The notes below the pieces were generated by a model, which saw nothing but the letters and a program-made list of their open reading frames with translations, made no database searches and was not told the DNA's origin. This document shows positions 49,688 to 63,030 of a DNA stretch of 64,000 nt, piece by piece. Positions within the stretch are counted from its first letter, which is position 1, and the number at the start of each line of letters is the position of its first letter. The DNA comes from Lingula anatina. Taxonomy: Eukaryota; Animalia; Brachiopoda. Both the position numbers and the translations under genes were made by a program. Location of the stretch: contig CM120647.1 of the NCBI GenBank assembly GCA_051362555.1, positions 496,001-560,000 on the forward strand, in the 5' to 3' direction.

Positions 49688-52600
49688 ATGGCAACAGCAA
49701 GGCCCAGCCCTGATCAGGAGAATTTTTTTCGCATGAGTGTTTTAATCCTGGATTATGCCTTGAATGTATTGCAAGATGCTCTTCAGAAAGAACTTGAAAA
49801 AAGGTATCCCAATTTATTTGACCCGAGCACTGGGTTGTTATGTGGGGTGCTTGGTGATGGAACTGTCAGGACAAAACTGGATGGACTTGTACGATCAAGA
49901 GTACTTAATGTACACCAACAAAACCAGCTGTATCCTGGTGGAAACCCCTCCTCATCAGTAACTGTTGGCGATTTAGACATCACACTGACTGTGCTTTTGC
50001 TGAGAAACATCACAACATTGAATCCAAGTCCAGGGTTGAATGTATGGGACAACCCCTCTGACGGAGACACATCAAGAGAAGCTACGATTGGAAGAGTTAA
50101 AAGATATCGAAACATTGTGTATGGCCATGCTAACAAGGCAGCAATTAGTGATCAAGATTTCAGGGCACATTTCTCAGGGCTCAAGTCCAATTTGCTGCAT
50201 CTCTCTAGTATGTACACCAATGAGGACTATGATGCCATATTGTCTAAACCTCTTGATGCTGCTTTATTGGAGAGAAACCAGAGCATTCTGAAAGAATGGT
50301 ATGATAATGACAAAGATGTGAAAGATCAGTTGATGAACATGCAATCTACAATGGAAGAAATTCCTGAACAAATCATAAATGTGTTGAAAGGAAGTGAAGA
50401 AACTATTCTAAAGAAGATGGACAGTAACTCACGGAAAACACAAAATCAACATGAGGAAATCTCTCAAGGCATCACACAGATGGACATAGGTCAGTCAGAG
50501 ATGGCCGACCAACTCAGACAGTCACAGAAGTGCATTGAAGAGGTCAAAGATGCACAGAAACAAGACTCACAGAAAATACAAGCTCAGCTAGAAAAAGGAG
50601 CAGAAGAACGTGCATCTTTAAGATCAATGCTAGGTCAGCAATTCCAAATAACAAAAGGTATGATCATATGTATTTTATGGTTTAGACATTTTCTTTAATA
50701 TCAGTGAAATTTATGCACGGTTGAATTTCTGTGGTTGACATTCTGATTCAGGAACAACTCCATCTCTGACATTTTCTTGCCTCTAATTGAGTTTGAAATG
50801 TTTACAACATAACACTGCAGATAAAATACAACTTGAGACCTTCTATTTTGTTTTCAGAAATGCAAGAGAATGTCCAGACAATATGTGACAGATACCGAGA
50901 TACACCAGAATTTCAAAAAATTCCAGGTAGTATGCAGCAATAAATTCAAGCCAGAAGAAAGCTAACTGAATATTTTTTTATTAAACTTTAATTTTGAATA
51001 TAATAATAAGAAAACCCATGAGTGTATCATGCAAAATATAACTTAAGAGAATATAGGTGAAAGGTTTCACCAGGCAGCTTACTTTGTTACATTTCTCTTG
51101 AATCCTCCCCAAAACCAACTACCAAAAAGAATACATTCATATTGTAAAGTAGGGAAAAGTTCTGCAACTTGTATGTCATAGATTACTTTATGCCTATAAA
51201 ATTTCTTAATTTCAAATTCCAGGCTCAGTGGATGTCACTGTCCATATGAGCATCAGTCCTTCGGGAATGGAAGCAGTCAAATCATCAGCCATCTTCTCCA
51301 GTAGTCAGAAGACACCAAGTCCAGAGGACACTCAGCCAGACAGGGAAGCCTTATCCTCAGTGACAGGTGATGGAAGTGACACAAACCAGATCACTGGTAT
51401 ACCTCTTCACCTGGATGATCCACCAAGCAAGAATATTACTCAGACAGTGAACTCTAATGAAGCACCAACTGCCTCATCTCCTCCAGAAAATACCACCCCT
51501 CTATGTGAAGCCAGAGACTTACACTTCATGAAAATTAGTGATCTTGTACTGTCTAGAGCAACCAATTTTGAAGAAATTAAAATAGCATTTAAACTTCTAG
51601 AGAAACACCATGCAATGGTTTATGATACAAAGCGCCAGTGTTTTATCTTCCGCTTGGTTTGTCCGTCAGTGCACTCACTGGACCAGCTGTGGCAAAGTTA
51701 TCGCAGCGGTGAGCTACAGGCTGCTGCAGAGGAAGGTTTTGTCAGCATCAAGAACCTGGAGGAGTTGGGCCTGAGCCGAAAGGACATCACTTTGTGGGTA
51801 GAAATGGATGAAGATGATTACAGTGAATGTAGGAAATACATAAAGGAAAAGACAGAGTTGAAAGGTTTCAATTTTTTTTTTTTTGAACTTCATCTGAAAA
51901 GTTATATATATATATATATATATATATATGATATCAGATAAGAGATACTCCTTTGTCATTTATACTTTACTGCTTGCTCTATAGTATAATGTCAGTACTT
52001 CAAGTTGAGCTTTTATTTATTTATTTTTTTTAATTATTTTTTTTTTAATTTATGGTTAAGCTATTTAGTAAACGACCTCCCACACACACACACACTCAAA
52101 CAAACACACAGGCACTCTCATAGTAAATTTAAAGTATTTTTTTAAATCAGCAACAGGTTTAATGAATAAGTTATGAAGTCATGATAAATTATGATTAAAG
52201 ATCATAGTATTTATGAATTAAAACCCCTTTACTTTTGTTTCAACAAATTATAGCAATGATTTACGAAGACTTGAAGATGACAGTTCGTAAAGGTCCACAT
52301 GGCTGTGCAGAGCAGACTATATACGGCATACGTCAAGCCCTGATGGCAGCTTTCAGTCTACGGAAAGAAGACATTCTGATCAAATGGTGGGACTACGGCA
52401 GCCCTGGGGATTTGGCTGTCATATGTTATGGCATACAACCTCATCACGTGGATCACATTGAAGACAATATCCAGGATTTACCCAAAGATGTCCTCCATGA
52501 GCTTGGAGTATTGACCATCACCATCGGCACACAGACTTTACGAGTAGCAGGTCAGATATTTTACATTTATTTGCAACCTGTTAAGGCAGGAGGATATGTT

Positions 52601-55600
52601 CCAGTAGAAGTGACAGTAACCATGGCAACAGCAAGGTCCAGTCCTGACCAGGATAATTTTTTTCGTATGACTGTTTTAACTCTAGATTATGCCTTGAAAG
52701 TTTTGCAAGATGTTCTTCAGAAAGAGCTTAGAACAGAGTATCCTAATTTATTTGACCCGAGCACTGGGTTGTTATGTCGGGTGCTTGGTGATGCAACTGT
52801 CAGGACAAAACTGGATAGACTAGTACGGTCAAGATTGCTTAATGCACATCAACAAAACCAGCTGTATCCTGGTGGAAACCCCTCCCCATCAGTGACTGTT
52901 GGTGATTTAGACATCACACTGACTGTGCTTTTGCTGAGAAATATCACGACATTGAATCCACGTCCAGGGTTAAAATCATGGGACAACCCCTCTGACTTAG
53001 ACACATCAAGAGAAGCCACAATTGGGAGAGTTAAAAGATATCGAAATATCGTGTATGGCCATGCTAACAAAGCAGCAATCAGTGATCAAGATTTCAGGGT
53101 ACATTTTTCAGGGCTCAAGTGCAACCTCCTGTCTCTCTCTAGTAATTACACCAATGAGGATTATGATGCCATATTGTGTCAACCTCTTGATGCTGCTTTA
53201 CTGGAGAGAAACCAGATCATTCTGAAAGAATGGTGTGATTATGACAAAGATGTGAAAGATTGCTTGATGAGCATGCACGCTTCATTGAAGGAAAGTCACG
53301 AACAAATCATACATGGATTGAAAGAAGGTAAAACAAAGTTGCAGGACCATGTGGAACAGGTTCAAAAGAGAAGTGAAGACACTATTCTCAAGAAGATGGA
53401 CAGTGACACACGGAATACCCATAATCAACTTGAGGAAATCTCTCAAGGTATCACACAGATGGACATAGGTCAGTCAGAGATGACCGACCAACTCAGACAG
53501 TCACAAAGGTTCATGGAAGAGGTCAAAGATGCACAGGAAGAAGACTCACATAATATCTTAGCTCAGCTGGAAAAAGGAGCAGAAGAACTTGCATCTTTAA
53601 GATCAACGCAAGGTCTGCAACTCCAAATAACAAAAGGTATGACCATATGTATTTTATGGTTTAGACATTTTCTTTAATATCAGTGAAATTTATGCACGGT
53701 TGAATTTTTTTGGTTGACATGTTGATTCAGGAACAACTCTATCTTTGACATTTTCTTGACTCTAATTGAGTTTGAAATGATGTTTACAACATAACACTGT
53801 AGACAAAATACAACATGAGACCTTCAATTTTGTTTTAGAAATGCAAGAGAATGTCCAGACAATATGTGACAGAAACCGAGATACACCAGAATTTCAGAAA
53901 ATTCTAGGTAGTATGCAGCGATAAATTCAAGCTAGAAAAAAACTAATTGAGTATTTTTTAATTAAACTTTATTTTAGAATATAATGATAAGAAAACCCAT
54001 GAGTGTATCATGCAAAATATAACTTAAGAGAATGCAGGTGAAGGATTTTACCAGGCAGCTTACTTTGTTACATTTATGTTGAATCCTCCCCAAAACCAAC
54101 TACCAAAAAGAATGCATTCATATTGTGAAGTAGGGAAAAAGTTTTGCAACTTGTATGTCATAGATTACTTTATGCCTAAAATTTCTTAATTTCAAATTCC
54201 AGGCTCAGTGGATCTTGACATCCATATGAAAATCAGTCCTTCAGGAATGGAAGCAGTCAAATCATCAGCTATCTTCTCCAGTAGTCAGAAGACACCAAGT
54301 CCAGAGGACACTCAGCCAGACAGGGAAGCCTTAGCCCAAGTGACAAGTGATAGAAGTGACACAGACCAGACCACTGGTATACCACCTCACCCGGATGATG
54401 AGGCAAGCAAGAACATTACTCAGACAGTGAACTATAATGAAGCACCAACTACCTCATCAGCAGCTGTTCATGTGCCTCTTCCAAAAGATACCACCCCCCT
54501 GTGTGAAGCCAAAGACAGGAGCTTCCTCGTCATATGTGAACAATTAATATGTAACCTTGAAGACAAAGAAAAAGCAGTAAAACTGATGGAGAGATGCCAT
54601 GCAATGATTTATGATACAAAGTGCCAGTGTTTTATCATTCGCTTGGTTTGTCCATCAGTGCACTCACTGGACCAGCTATGGCAAAGTTATCGCTGCGGTG
54701 AGCTACAGGCTGCTGTGGAGGACAGTTTTGTCAGCACCAAGAACCTGGAAGATTTGGGCCTAAGCCAAGAAGATGTCAATCTCCGGGTTGAAATTGATGA
54801 AGATGATTACACCGAATGCAGGAAATACTTAAAGGAGAAAGCAGGATTTGAAGGTAACTATTTTTCATTTATGTAATTTTATTTAATTGAAATTGTCTTG
54901 AAAGAGACTTTGTACTACTATAAGGGGCAGATTCCTTTCCTTACCTTTTTATTCACCCTGCCCCCCTCCCCCCCCCAAAAAAAAAAAAAAAACATATCGA
55001 CCTGTAGCCAGATATTTCAAAAAGGGGGTTCTTTTTCTGAAACAAGTGGATCTGTATTCCATAAAAACGTCATGTACCTAAGATCAAATTTTACCCAGAG
55101 TGGACCTTTTCCCAGCAAAGGGGCGGTTCTTTCCAACCCCAGAACCCCCCTTGACTACGGACATGTATATATTGTTTAAAAATCAAAACGTAGAAGGGAA
55201 TATGTTAATTTAATATTAAATAAATCAATAAATAATAAATTAACATAATGATTAAAATATGATGCAAGACCTAAATACTATGTTATATAAGCCCTAGGCC
55301 ACACACTCAGTTGTCAGACCGTCTCATGTAATAATCAGCTACATATTTATTGTGGTGTCGACAGAGGAACTTTTAAAAGACATTTAAGGGGAAAGTTCAA
55401 CAGACGGTTGATGGCATTTAAATTCACAGGGTCCAATAAGACACTTTTTATGTACAGGCACAGGTGTGTCTGTACATATAGCCATCACCTGCGTCTTTCG
55501 TTGCCGACGTCAACATCGTCGACGTTGCCGTGCACTTTCATTGAAGATAACACACACCTGATGAATATTCATAATACACAGTCAAGTAAGATAATCAGCA

Positions 55601-58600
55601 TGATCTGGCCATTTTCATAAAAGTTATGCTGTTTTTTTTTCACTTTTTTCAGCATGTATACAACACAGATATAAAAAAAGTGGAAAAATATTTTACCAGT
55701 GACATTGAAAATTACAGAACTCATGAATATAATTGGTTTCTTTTTCTGTTGTACATTTTTTAATTTTTTTCCTTTCACGTATTGGCATTTTCAATTTGGG
55801 ACTTAGGGCGCATTCCCAGAGATTTAGATCGATCCAGAGATTTAGATTTAGATCGACCTAACTCCCTAGGGGTTCACGCAAAATTTCAGTCAGCCGAGCG
55901 CGCACCATAGTTAATTACCCCCTTACAGCAGGCGGGACAGACGCTTAGGCCAGCTAAGCCGACAGTAATCTAGTGAGACTCCCACATGGATAGATCGATC
56001 TAAAATCTATGGGAATGCGGTCTTATAGAGCTACCACGTGCATTTTAAAATGTCCATGTTATTAAAAGTAACTAATTGATGATAATTATCCAGTTACTCA
56101 ATATGTAATATTGTATCAAAATTGACAAAAAACTCCTTCATGCACTGTCACCACTAGAATGTATATTTCAATCATCATATTTAAAAAATGAATGTAGCTG
56201 CAGATAGTAAAATATATCCATTTGAATTCATGAAAGACTGACTTTGCTGCAGCTACCAATTCCATGTTTAAAAGATGAAACCGACCATGTTTTTTCAGAA
56301 ATCTATGAAATTCCACTTTTATTTAAAATTGCATAAAAATGTCATTTGTTGCCCGCTCATTTTTTTTTTTTTTTTTTTTTTTTTTTGCTTTGCATAGCTT
56401 TCTAGTTTAAACTACGCTCCATGTTTTGGAAAATCAACAAAATGCTTTTTATTGCCATCCTTTTAAAACTTTACATACACTTAAAAGTAGATTTATCCCC
56501 TTAAATATATTTTTTTGGAGCGTACCTGATGTTGATATTTCCATTGGAGCTTTTAGAAAAAAGGTTCCTGTTATAATGACTGACCAGTCACTTAAACATA
56601 AAACCAACCTTCATAAATGTTATCAAAGGTGGTATCCAAGTGCAAAGAGGCAAAGATAAACTATTCACGAGCAAGAGAATTTGCCTTTTCCCCTTTTTCC
56701 CACAGTGGGAACTCAAGAACTGGATTTCTTTCTTTCGAATGGGATTAGGAAACCATGCAATTTTTATACCTTGCTAACTTACATGTAAATCCACAACGAT
56801 CGGTTTATCAGGTTTAGAAAAAGAAACAACATGTTTTTTTTGGCAGAAAAAGAAAGTTTGCATTTGCAACGTATGTTTGATCTTATAAAATAAAGTTTGC
56901 ATTTATTTGGAAAATTAATGAATATTAATGTGGGGTAACTGGCAAGGTGCTGTGATGTTATTGAAAGAGGGTCCTACGCTAAGTGTTTGTGCAGACATTT
57001 ATATTCCACAGGAGTAAAAGTAGTAAAAGGAGTAAATGTATCAAACACCAGTATATATAGGTTTTTAATGGCTCTGAAATTTCCCTAAGTTGCACTGCGA
57101 GGGAATATTTTATCCATTTCCATCCTTAAATATTTCCTAATGGCCTACGTTCACTTGATTCTCTGATTTTTAAAGGCAGTTTCGCCAACATGTTCCTGGG
57201 AAAGTTTGGAAGCAACCCGATAGACCTTCAGGCTCCTACATCTTAAGCCTCGGTCACAACCGGACGCACGAATTTCAGGATCGTATGTCTCCTGCGATTT
57301 TTGGGTGTTGCGGAGGCCGTGGAGTTCGTTGATGTAGAGGAAAGTCTGACTTGCTAGTCGCAAGGGCCACATGAGATGTCCTTTCAAGCAGGGACGCTAA
57401 TTGCAAGGAGCAATGGCCGTGAGTTTGTCTTGCTTCCTGTGTACGTGGTTCACACTCACCACTTACAGAGGGAATGCAACGCATGGCGAAAGTAGTGCCC
57501 TTTTGCGTCAGTTTTGCTTCACACTTGCCTCACACGTTTGCGAACGTCAGTTTTGCTTTCAGTTCTCTTCTTTTGAAATCGTTGAGACATTGGAGAGTAT
57601 ATGTAACTCATGCTTTATTTCAAACGTTCAGTTCAGTAACAATTTGCCATTCACATCGCTTATGTCGGTACAGCAAATGGACAAGTCAACAAATCAGCAT
57701 GACAGCAAGCAAGGTTTTGAAGTTGATAATCAAACTAATGCGTTCTCGTATTTAACATTTACTGTATTTTTAAATATTATTAAAATATTAATGGCCACAC
57801 CCTACCAGGTGCTCTATCTTATATACCAATTTTTTACCTTTATTATTTATACATACAACTAATAAATACACTTTGCAAACACATTTGATAAGATAAAGAC
57901 TTACATTATGATTTCTCCGCAGAACGGTTACATACATCATACTACGTTGGGAAATACGGTAAACTGCAGGAGAGACCCTACTTGTACAGATTCCTGTAGC
58001 GTTATGACTCGGTAACATTCAAAATAGGCGCGCTACTCACGCAAGTAATGAAAACTACTCACAACTAACTGGTACATCTAAAACAAGGAATCTAGTACTT
58101 ACACCTTGTTTATATAAAGCAAGGAATCTGGCACTAACACTTCTTCCCCCTCCCTTTTTCTACTATGTAAGCTTCTTTCTCCTGTCTTATGGAGGCATAT
58201 CAGAAACTAAATTAAGCAAAATTTTTGAAAATTGTTATACACGTTACACAGTCGACGTTCATTGTAAAGACACGAGCGTGCGTCGTGAGCACGACTTTTA
58301 TACACCAGGCGTGGGGGTAACGCACGTGCGATGCATTCTCGGTGTGCTCTCGAATTTGTTCGTTAATTGTGAGGGCGTGCGCCTTACTCAACACGCAAAG
58401 GGCACTTGATCCTTCATTGCTTATGACGTGCGTCTTGCACAACGAGCAATCTCTCTTGCCATCTCCGTGCGAGGGGAGCAAGTTACGCTTGCGCCTTTGC
58501 TGTTCGCAGGCTATTCGTAGAATCTTTTAGACATGTCCAACATCCTCCGCACGTGCTTACGGGCTGTCTGGGAACTGGAAATTTCGTAAGAAGGACCTAC

Positions 58601-58920
58601 GTGGGACGTGAGATTCTGCGCAAAATTTGGACGCAAACAGCCCGTAAGAGCCCGTACAGCCGGTTGTCGGACCGAGGCCTTAGGTAAAACCTCCTTCAGA
58701 AAGGACGCCCTCCAGTGTAAAGGGGCCTTAAGGATATTGTGACCCTTCGCCCATAACTCCTTATTTACTGCCTTACATACATTCTTTTGGATAATAAATA
58801 AAACTTCTGTGTTCAGTGACTACAATTGTGACTAAATTAATTAACACACACACAGTCACACACACACAGTCACACACACACTAATACATATATATAACAT
58901 GCGTGTCGTTAACGGAGTGC

Positions 58921-58959
<39 letters not shown>

Positions 58960-59514
58960 ACTTGAGACGTATGAACCCCAAATCTGAGTTTCACGGCATA
59001 GCCATAAGGTATGCCGGATCATCAGGAGGTGTTTACCTTTCGTCTTTTACTTCCTTTCTTTGTTCATGCTCATTTATTTAATGTGTTTGGAGTGATTTAA
59101 AGTTTTAAAAAGTTACCCTTATCATTACCTTCTTATTTTCATGACAAAATATTCACTAACAAGAATGACATAATATCATTACTGTCATCATTATACCTTT
59201 TTGTTAACAAATACCAGAAATAGATTATGAAGACTTGAAGATGACAGTTCGTAAAGGTCCATATGGCAGTGCAGAGCAGACTATACACGGCATACGCCGA
59301 GCCCTGATGGAAGCTTTCAGTCTACGGAAAGAAGACATTCTGATCAAATGGTGGGACTATGGACGTCCTGGCGACTGTGCTGTCATATGTTATGGTATAC
59401 AACCTCATCACGTGGGTCACATTGAAGGCAACATCCAGGATTTACCCAAAGATGTCCTCCGTGAGCTTGGAGTATTGACCATCACCATCGGCACACAGAC
59501 TTTACGAGTAGCAG
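49688..59514 (+). CDS. Orphan multidomain protein [DZIP3-like HEPN - coiled coil - linker - TRADD-N-like - alpha/beta domain] x2; 3' end not resolved
   Basis: Kozak-context ACCATGG at 49688 preceded by an in-frame TAA. Exons 49688-50657, 50858-50926, 51223-51864, 52254-53636 (possible 54-nt intron 52551-52604), 53839-53907, 54203-54853 and 59218-59514, all GT-AG, phase 1 and open (about 1340-1360 aa). HEPN motifs DLDITL..LLRN and R..RNIVYGH. TRADD-N-like motif F.L.CPS..SL..LW..Y.SG.L. Confidence 0.8.
55805..56022. mobile_element. MITE (family of 22411-22613) nested in a HINE-like remnant
   Basis: GCGCATTCCCAGAGATTTAGATCGATC...GATCGATCTAAAATCTATGGGAATGCG inverted ends. Confidence 0.65.
57246..58679. 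mobile_element. PIF/Harbinger-like non-autonomous element in the last visible intron of the HEPN gene
   Basis: TTA|AGCCTCGGTCACAACCGG ... CCGGTTGTCGGACCGAGGCC|TTA: TIR with 3-bp TTA duplication. Confidence 0.7.
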
Positions 59515-60337
59515 GTCAGATATTTTACATTTATTTGCAACCTTAACTTATATAATACTAAAAATGGTATGTCCAATAAAAAATATTGAACATAAAACAC
59601 TTTCTAAAATACATTTTCAAGAGCTGCATTACTATTAAATTTTTGGATGTAGATGGTAAAATCAATGAATTTACTGAAAAGTGAATAAAAAAGTCCTTGA
59701 GGTTGTCACTGTTCTCGGTTTCGGCACTTTGAATACCTGGGCATTTCATATTTTATAAAATGTTCACTCCATGTTGATAAAAGGTGGTGAATTTCGTGGT
59801 CACATGTGTACATTTTTGTAGCATTTTTACACCACTCATGGCACCAACCTTGTAGTGGTATAGTATTAGTTGTTTGAAGTGCTTCTTGGGATGGAATTCC
59901 AGGATACAATATTAAAAAAATCTTTTTAATGGATTCTTATTGATTACTAAGTCTGTTGGTGGGGCTAAGGTGCTAAACCTGCTATGCATACCCCACCATT
60001 GGTCTTTATATTGCCATGTTAATGCTTGGTAACTCATTCATTTCTATGGAAGTCCGCTGTACAGATGATAATCATCCCATATAGTAAACACAATGTTGGG
60101 ACAAATCCAAAAATGTACTCATCAAAAGGCCCCCGGATTTCCATGCCATTCCATTCCATTCCATTCCTGCCACGCCGGTTTGTTTGAGAAGAGTAAATAA
60201 AGTGTATCCATTGAGACTGTCCACTGAGACTGGGTTTCATGTAGATCAGGTGTACTTAGGCCTATTTATCTCAGGATAGGTCATACCTGAATGTAAGGCT
60301 TAAAAAGACTGCAGTTTTACCCTTACAATTTATTTGG

Positions 60338-60338
<1 letters not shown>

Positions 60339-60402
<64 letters not shown>
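60339..60402. repeat. (TA)n microsatellite
   Basis: Direct reading of the sequence. Confidence 0.97.
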
Positions 60403-60404
<2 letters not shown>

Positions 60405-61144
60405 GGAAATGTTGATGGCCTAACTTTGAGAAGTCATATACAGTTTCTTAGGATTTCTTAAAATTTGTCATTTTGTTGTTGGTTGACCATTCGTCTGTTT
60501 TATTTGCTGCCGCTTTTAGGGTGTCAGGTGATGAGAAGGTATCTTGTGTTGTAACCGGTGGTATCGCTGCTCTGATCATCTAGTTTCCATTTCTTCCCAC
60601 CTTCAAAAATACATATGAAGATAGGAGGCATGTCAAATCATTGCTTGAAACTGTTAAGTACATTGTAACAAATCGCTCCTCTTTAGTGATCAATAGGGCT
60701 TTCACGGTTCTTTGTCTCAGGCCAAAGTATCCTTTGCTCCCCTGCTTTCATTTCATCAACCTTCTGGATTCTCTGCACCACCTGTGCATTTCACATGTCC
60801 TAAAGAATTCACATGGTTGGTTTTTTTTTTCTGTGATCTAACTTGTAGTGGTTCCAGCTACTTATAAAACCCTTTCATCTGACAAATTTTCATAACTTTG
60901 AAAAAGCTCAAAAGGTTTTTTGTCATTACTTCCTGAAATGTGATATTTGAACAAACATTACCTGTTTACTTTCCGCACTTAACATATTGGAGGGGAAGGT
61001 TGGGTGGAACTTCTAAAAGTTTTAGTCTGACCCGTCTTGTATGGCTCTACCGGCAACTTATGCTGTAGGCTCTGTAGGCAATGCATTCTGTAGGCAGATA
61101 CAAGTTACTGTTACTATTTCCTATCCAAGAATACAAGGGTTTTT

Positions 61145-61420
61145 GTTCTCAGCTCTTGGAATTAGGTCACATATAATCTCAACTTGACCACCCTTTGATA
61201 TAGTCTCTGTCAGTTTATTCACCTAGGCATGACACTGTACACAAGGCACCCTTGTCGATATTGTTGAAAATTAAATGCTACATTTATCCCCTAAACCAAT
61301 AGAATTATGGGAAAAGTTAATATAGAAATCTGACTGAAAGTCATATGTGGATATTGTATACTTGTCTTGGGCTTGATCTTTGAACTTTTGGATTAACTTT
61401 AAGGTCAAGTGGCCAAAATG
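61145..61420 (+). mobile_element. Decayed fragment of the HINE family seen at 2032 and 5031
   Basis: TTAGGTCAC.TATAATCTCAACT, CACCCTTGTC, AAAATTAAATGCTA, TTATGGGAAAA, AAAGTCATATGTG and AAGGTCAA are colinear with about 2175-2430. Confidence 0.65.
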
Positions 61421-62679
61421 CTGATTGCACTATAACCCAACTTTGTGGATACCTAATACCTTGGCAGTGTTGCACCTTGCTCTAGGCTGAAAGGCAGCCT
61501 CCCAAACGTGACCTGTCATGGTTTGTTTGCTTCTTACGATTAACAATTTAATGAATTTGAAGGGAGGTTTTTCAAGTTGTTTTCGTGAATTTCTCAAACG
61601 CATATCAGTTTGTGATCCATGCTTGTCAACACCCCGGATCCACTAACCTCTAAAGGATGAGTGCGAATAACCATTGGCAAAGTGCCCATTGTCAAAATTT
61701 AAAAATAATTTGCTATTATTAAGTTTATGCATATATTTGTTGCACGGAAAAAAATATTATTTGGTTTGAGGTATTGTATCTTAGTATTTTTAATGAGTTA
61801 TATGTGGGGGAGGGAGTAGCTGGATTTACCTGTTGTATGCAGTCTAATGAATCAGAGCAACTTGTTTCAGCATTTATATTACATAAACGATTTTTTCTAA
61901 TGAAACTTGTCTTGTGATGTAAAAAAAAGAGTTATATGTTAAATAATTGTGGTGTTGCACAAGTAAATGGGAAAGTAATTATTGTCTTTTTTAATCCTAG
62001 AGAAGAAAGGGAGGGGTGGTATATTACGGTATTTTCTCACAGAAGCCATCACTAATTTCACTTAACTGTATAAAAGTCTAGTTACTAGAAAAACTTGTTT
62101 CAGCGTATTTATTGATTTTATATAACTTTTCTCACAGACCAGCATTTGTTGGTCTAAATAATTGTATTTTTAACCAATACACATTTTGTACAAGGCTCTA
62201 AGGAATAGTAAAAAATGCTAAAAGCAAAAGGCTGTTACAGTACGTAACAACAACAAAAAAATCATGTGTAAAAGCACTCTAAACAGCTATTTGGAATGTT
62301 TCCATAAACCATAAAATAAACAAGGTATAAATTGTACCAAAATAATGATAAGGTATAACTAAAAACTAAATGAAAATATAGTACACATAATAACAGTTAT
62401 GACCAATAATCTGCATGACAATGAAATTAAATCACCTAAAAAGTACTTCATATATGATTGTGTATGTGATAAAGACCTTGTGTAGAATGCAATGCATGAG
62501 TTATTTTATACAAAATACAGTATACAAATATGAGTATAAAATGTATAATGAAACAATGGATAATTAATCAGATGTGCTGTCCGAAACACTTTTTGTCTTG
62601 CTAATACTGTCACCACTTGATGTTGGTAAATGTGAGGTATCCAAACAGCCTTCTCCACAATATAATTTTCGATTGTATC

Positions 62680-63030
62680 CCTGCCTCATGGCAAACCCCA
62701 TATACCACAGGACTGAAGTGATATGTGCACAACTTCCAACTGTCTTGGAACCAGCTTTACACTGTCAGTACCAGCGACTGATGGGTCTAGTTTTGCTATG
62801 GGAGGTCTGAATCCATAATGTGTACTGGTGGCTAGATGTGTGTCTTAATTAACTATTTTGGCTCTGATTAAATCGGGTGCATCCTCGCATACACTGATTT
62901 CAAACTGGCCATCTAGCAGATGCTCATCAGTATATCGGCTAGCTTGCTTTATCTGGTAAACTTCTGGTATTTATTATAGGCTGGTGGTCTCTTGTATGGA
63001 CTATTTACCAAGTCAATAGGTTTTCACTGA
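62680..63030 (-). pseudogene. Decayed transposase C-terminal fragment with SWIM-type zinc finger (ISL2EU/Harbinger-like)
   Basis: Reverse strand reads LIRAKI...HQYTLWI...ISRWY*QCKAGSKTVGSCAHITSVLWYMGFA, with stops. Confidence 0.55.

Noticed and set aside
60490-60940. Possible decayed transposase or further exon of the HEPN gene
   Set aside because: No sustained open frame or recognisable motif; cannot be supported.
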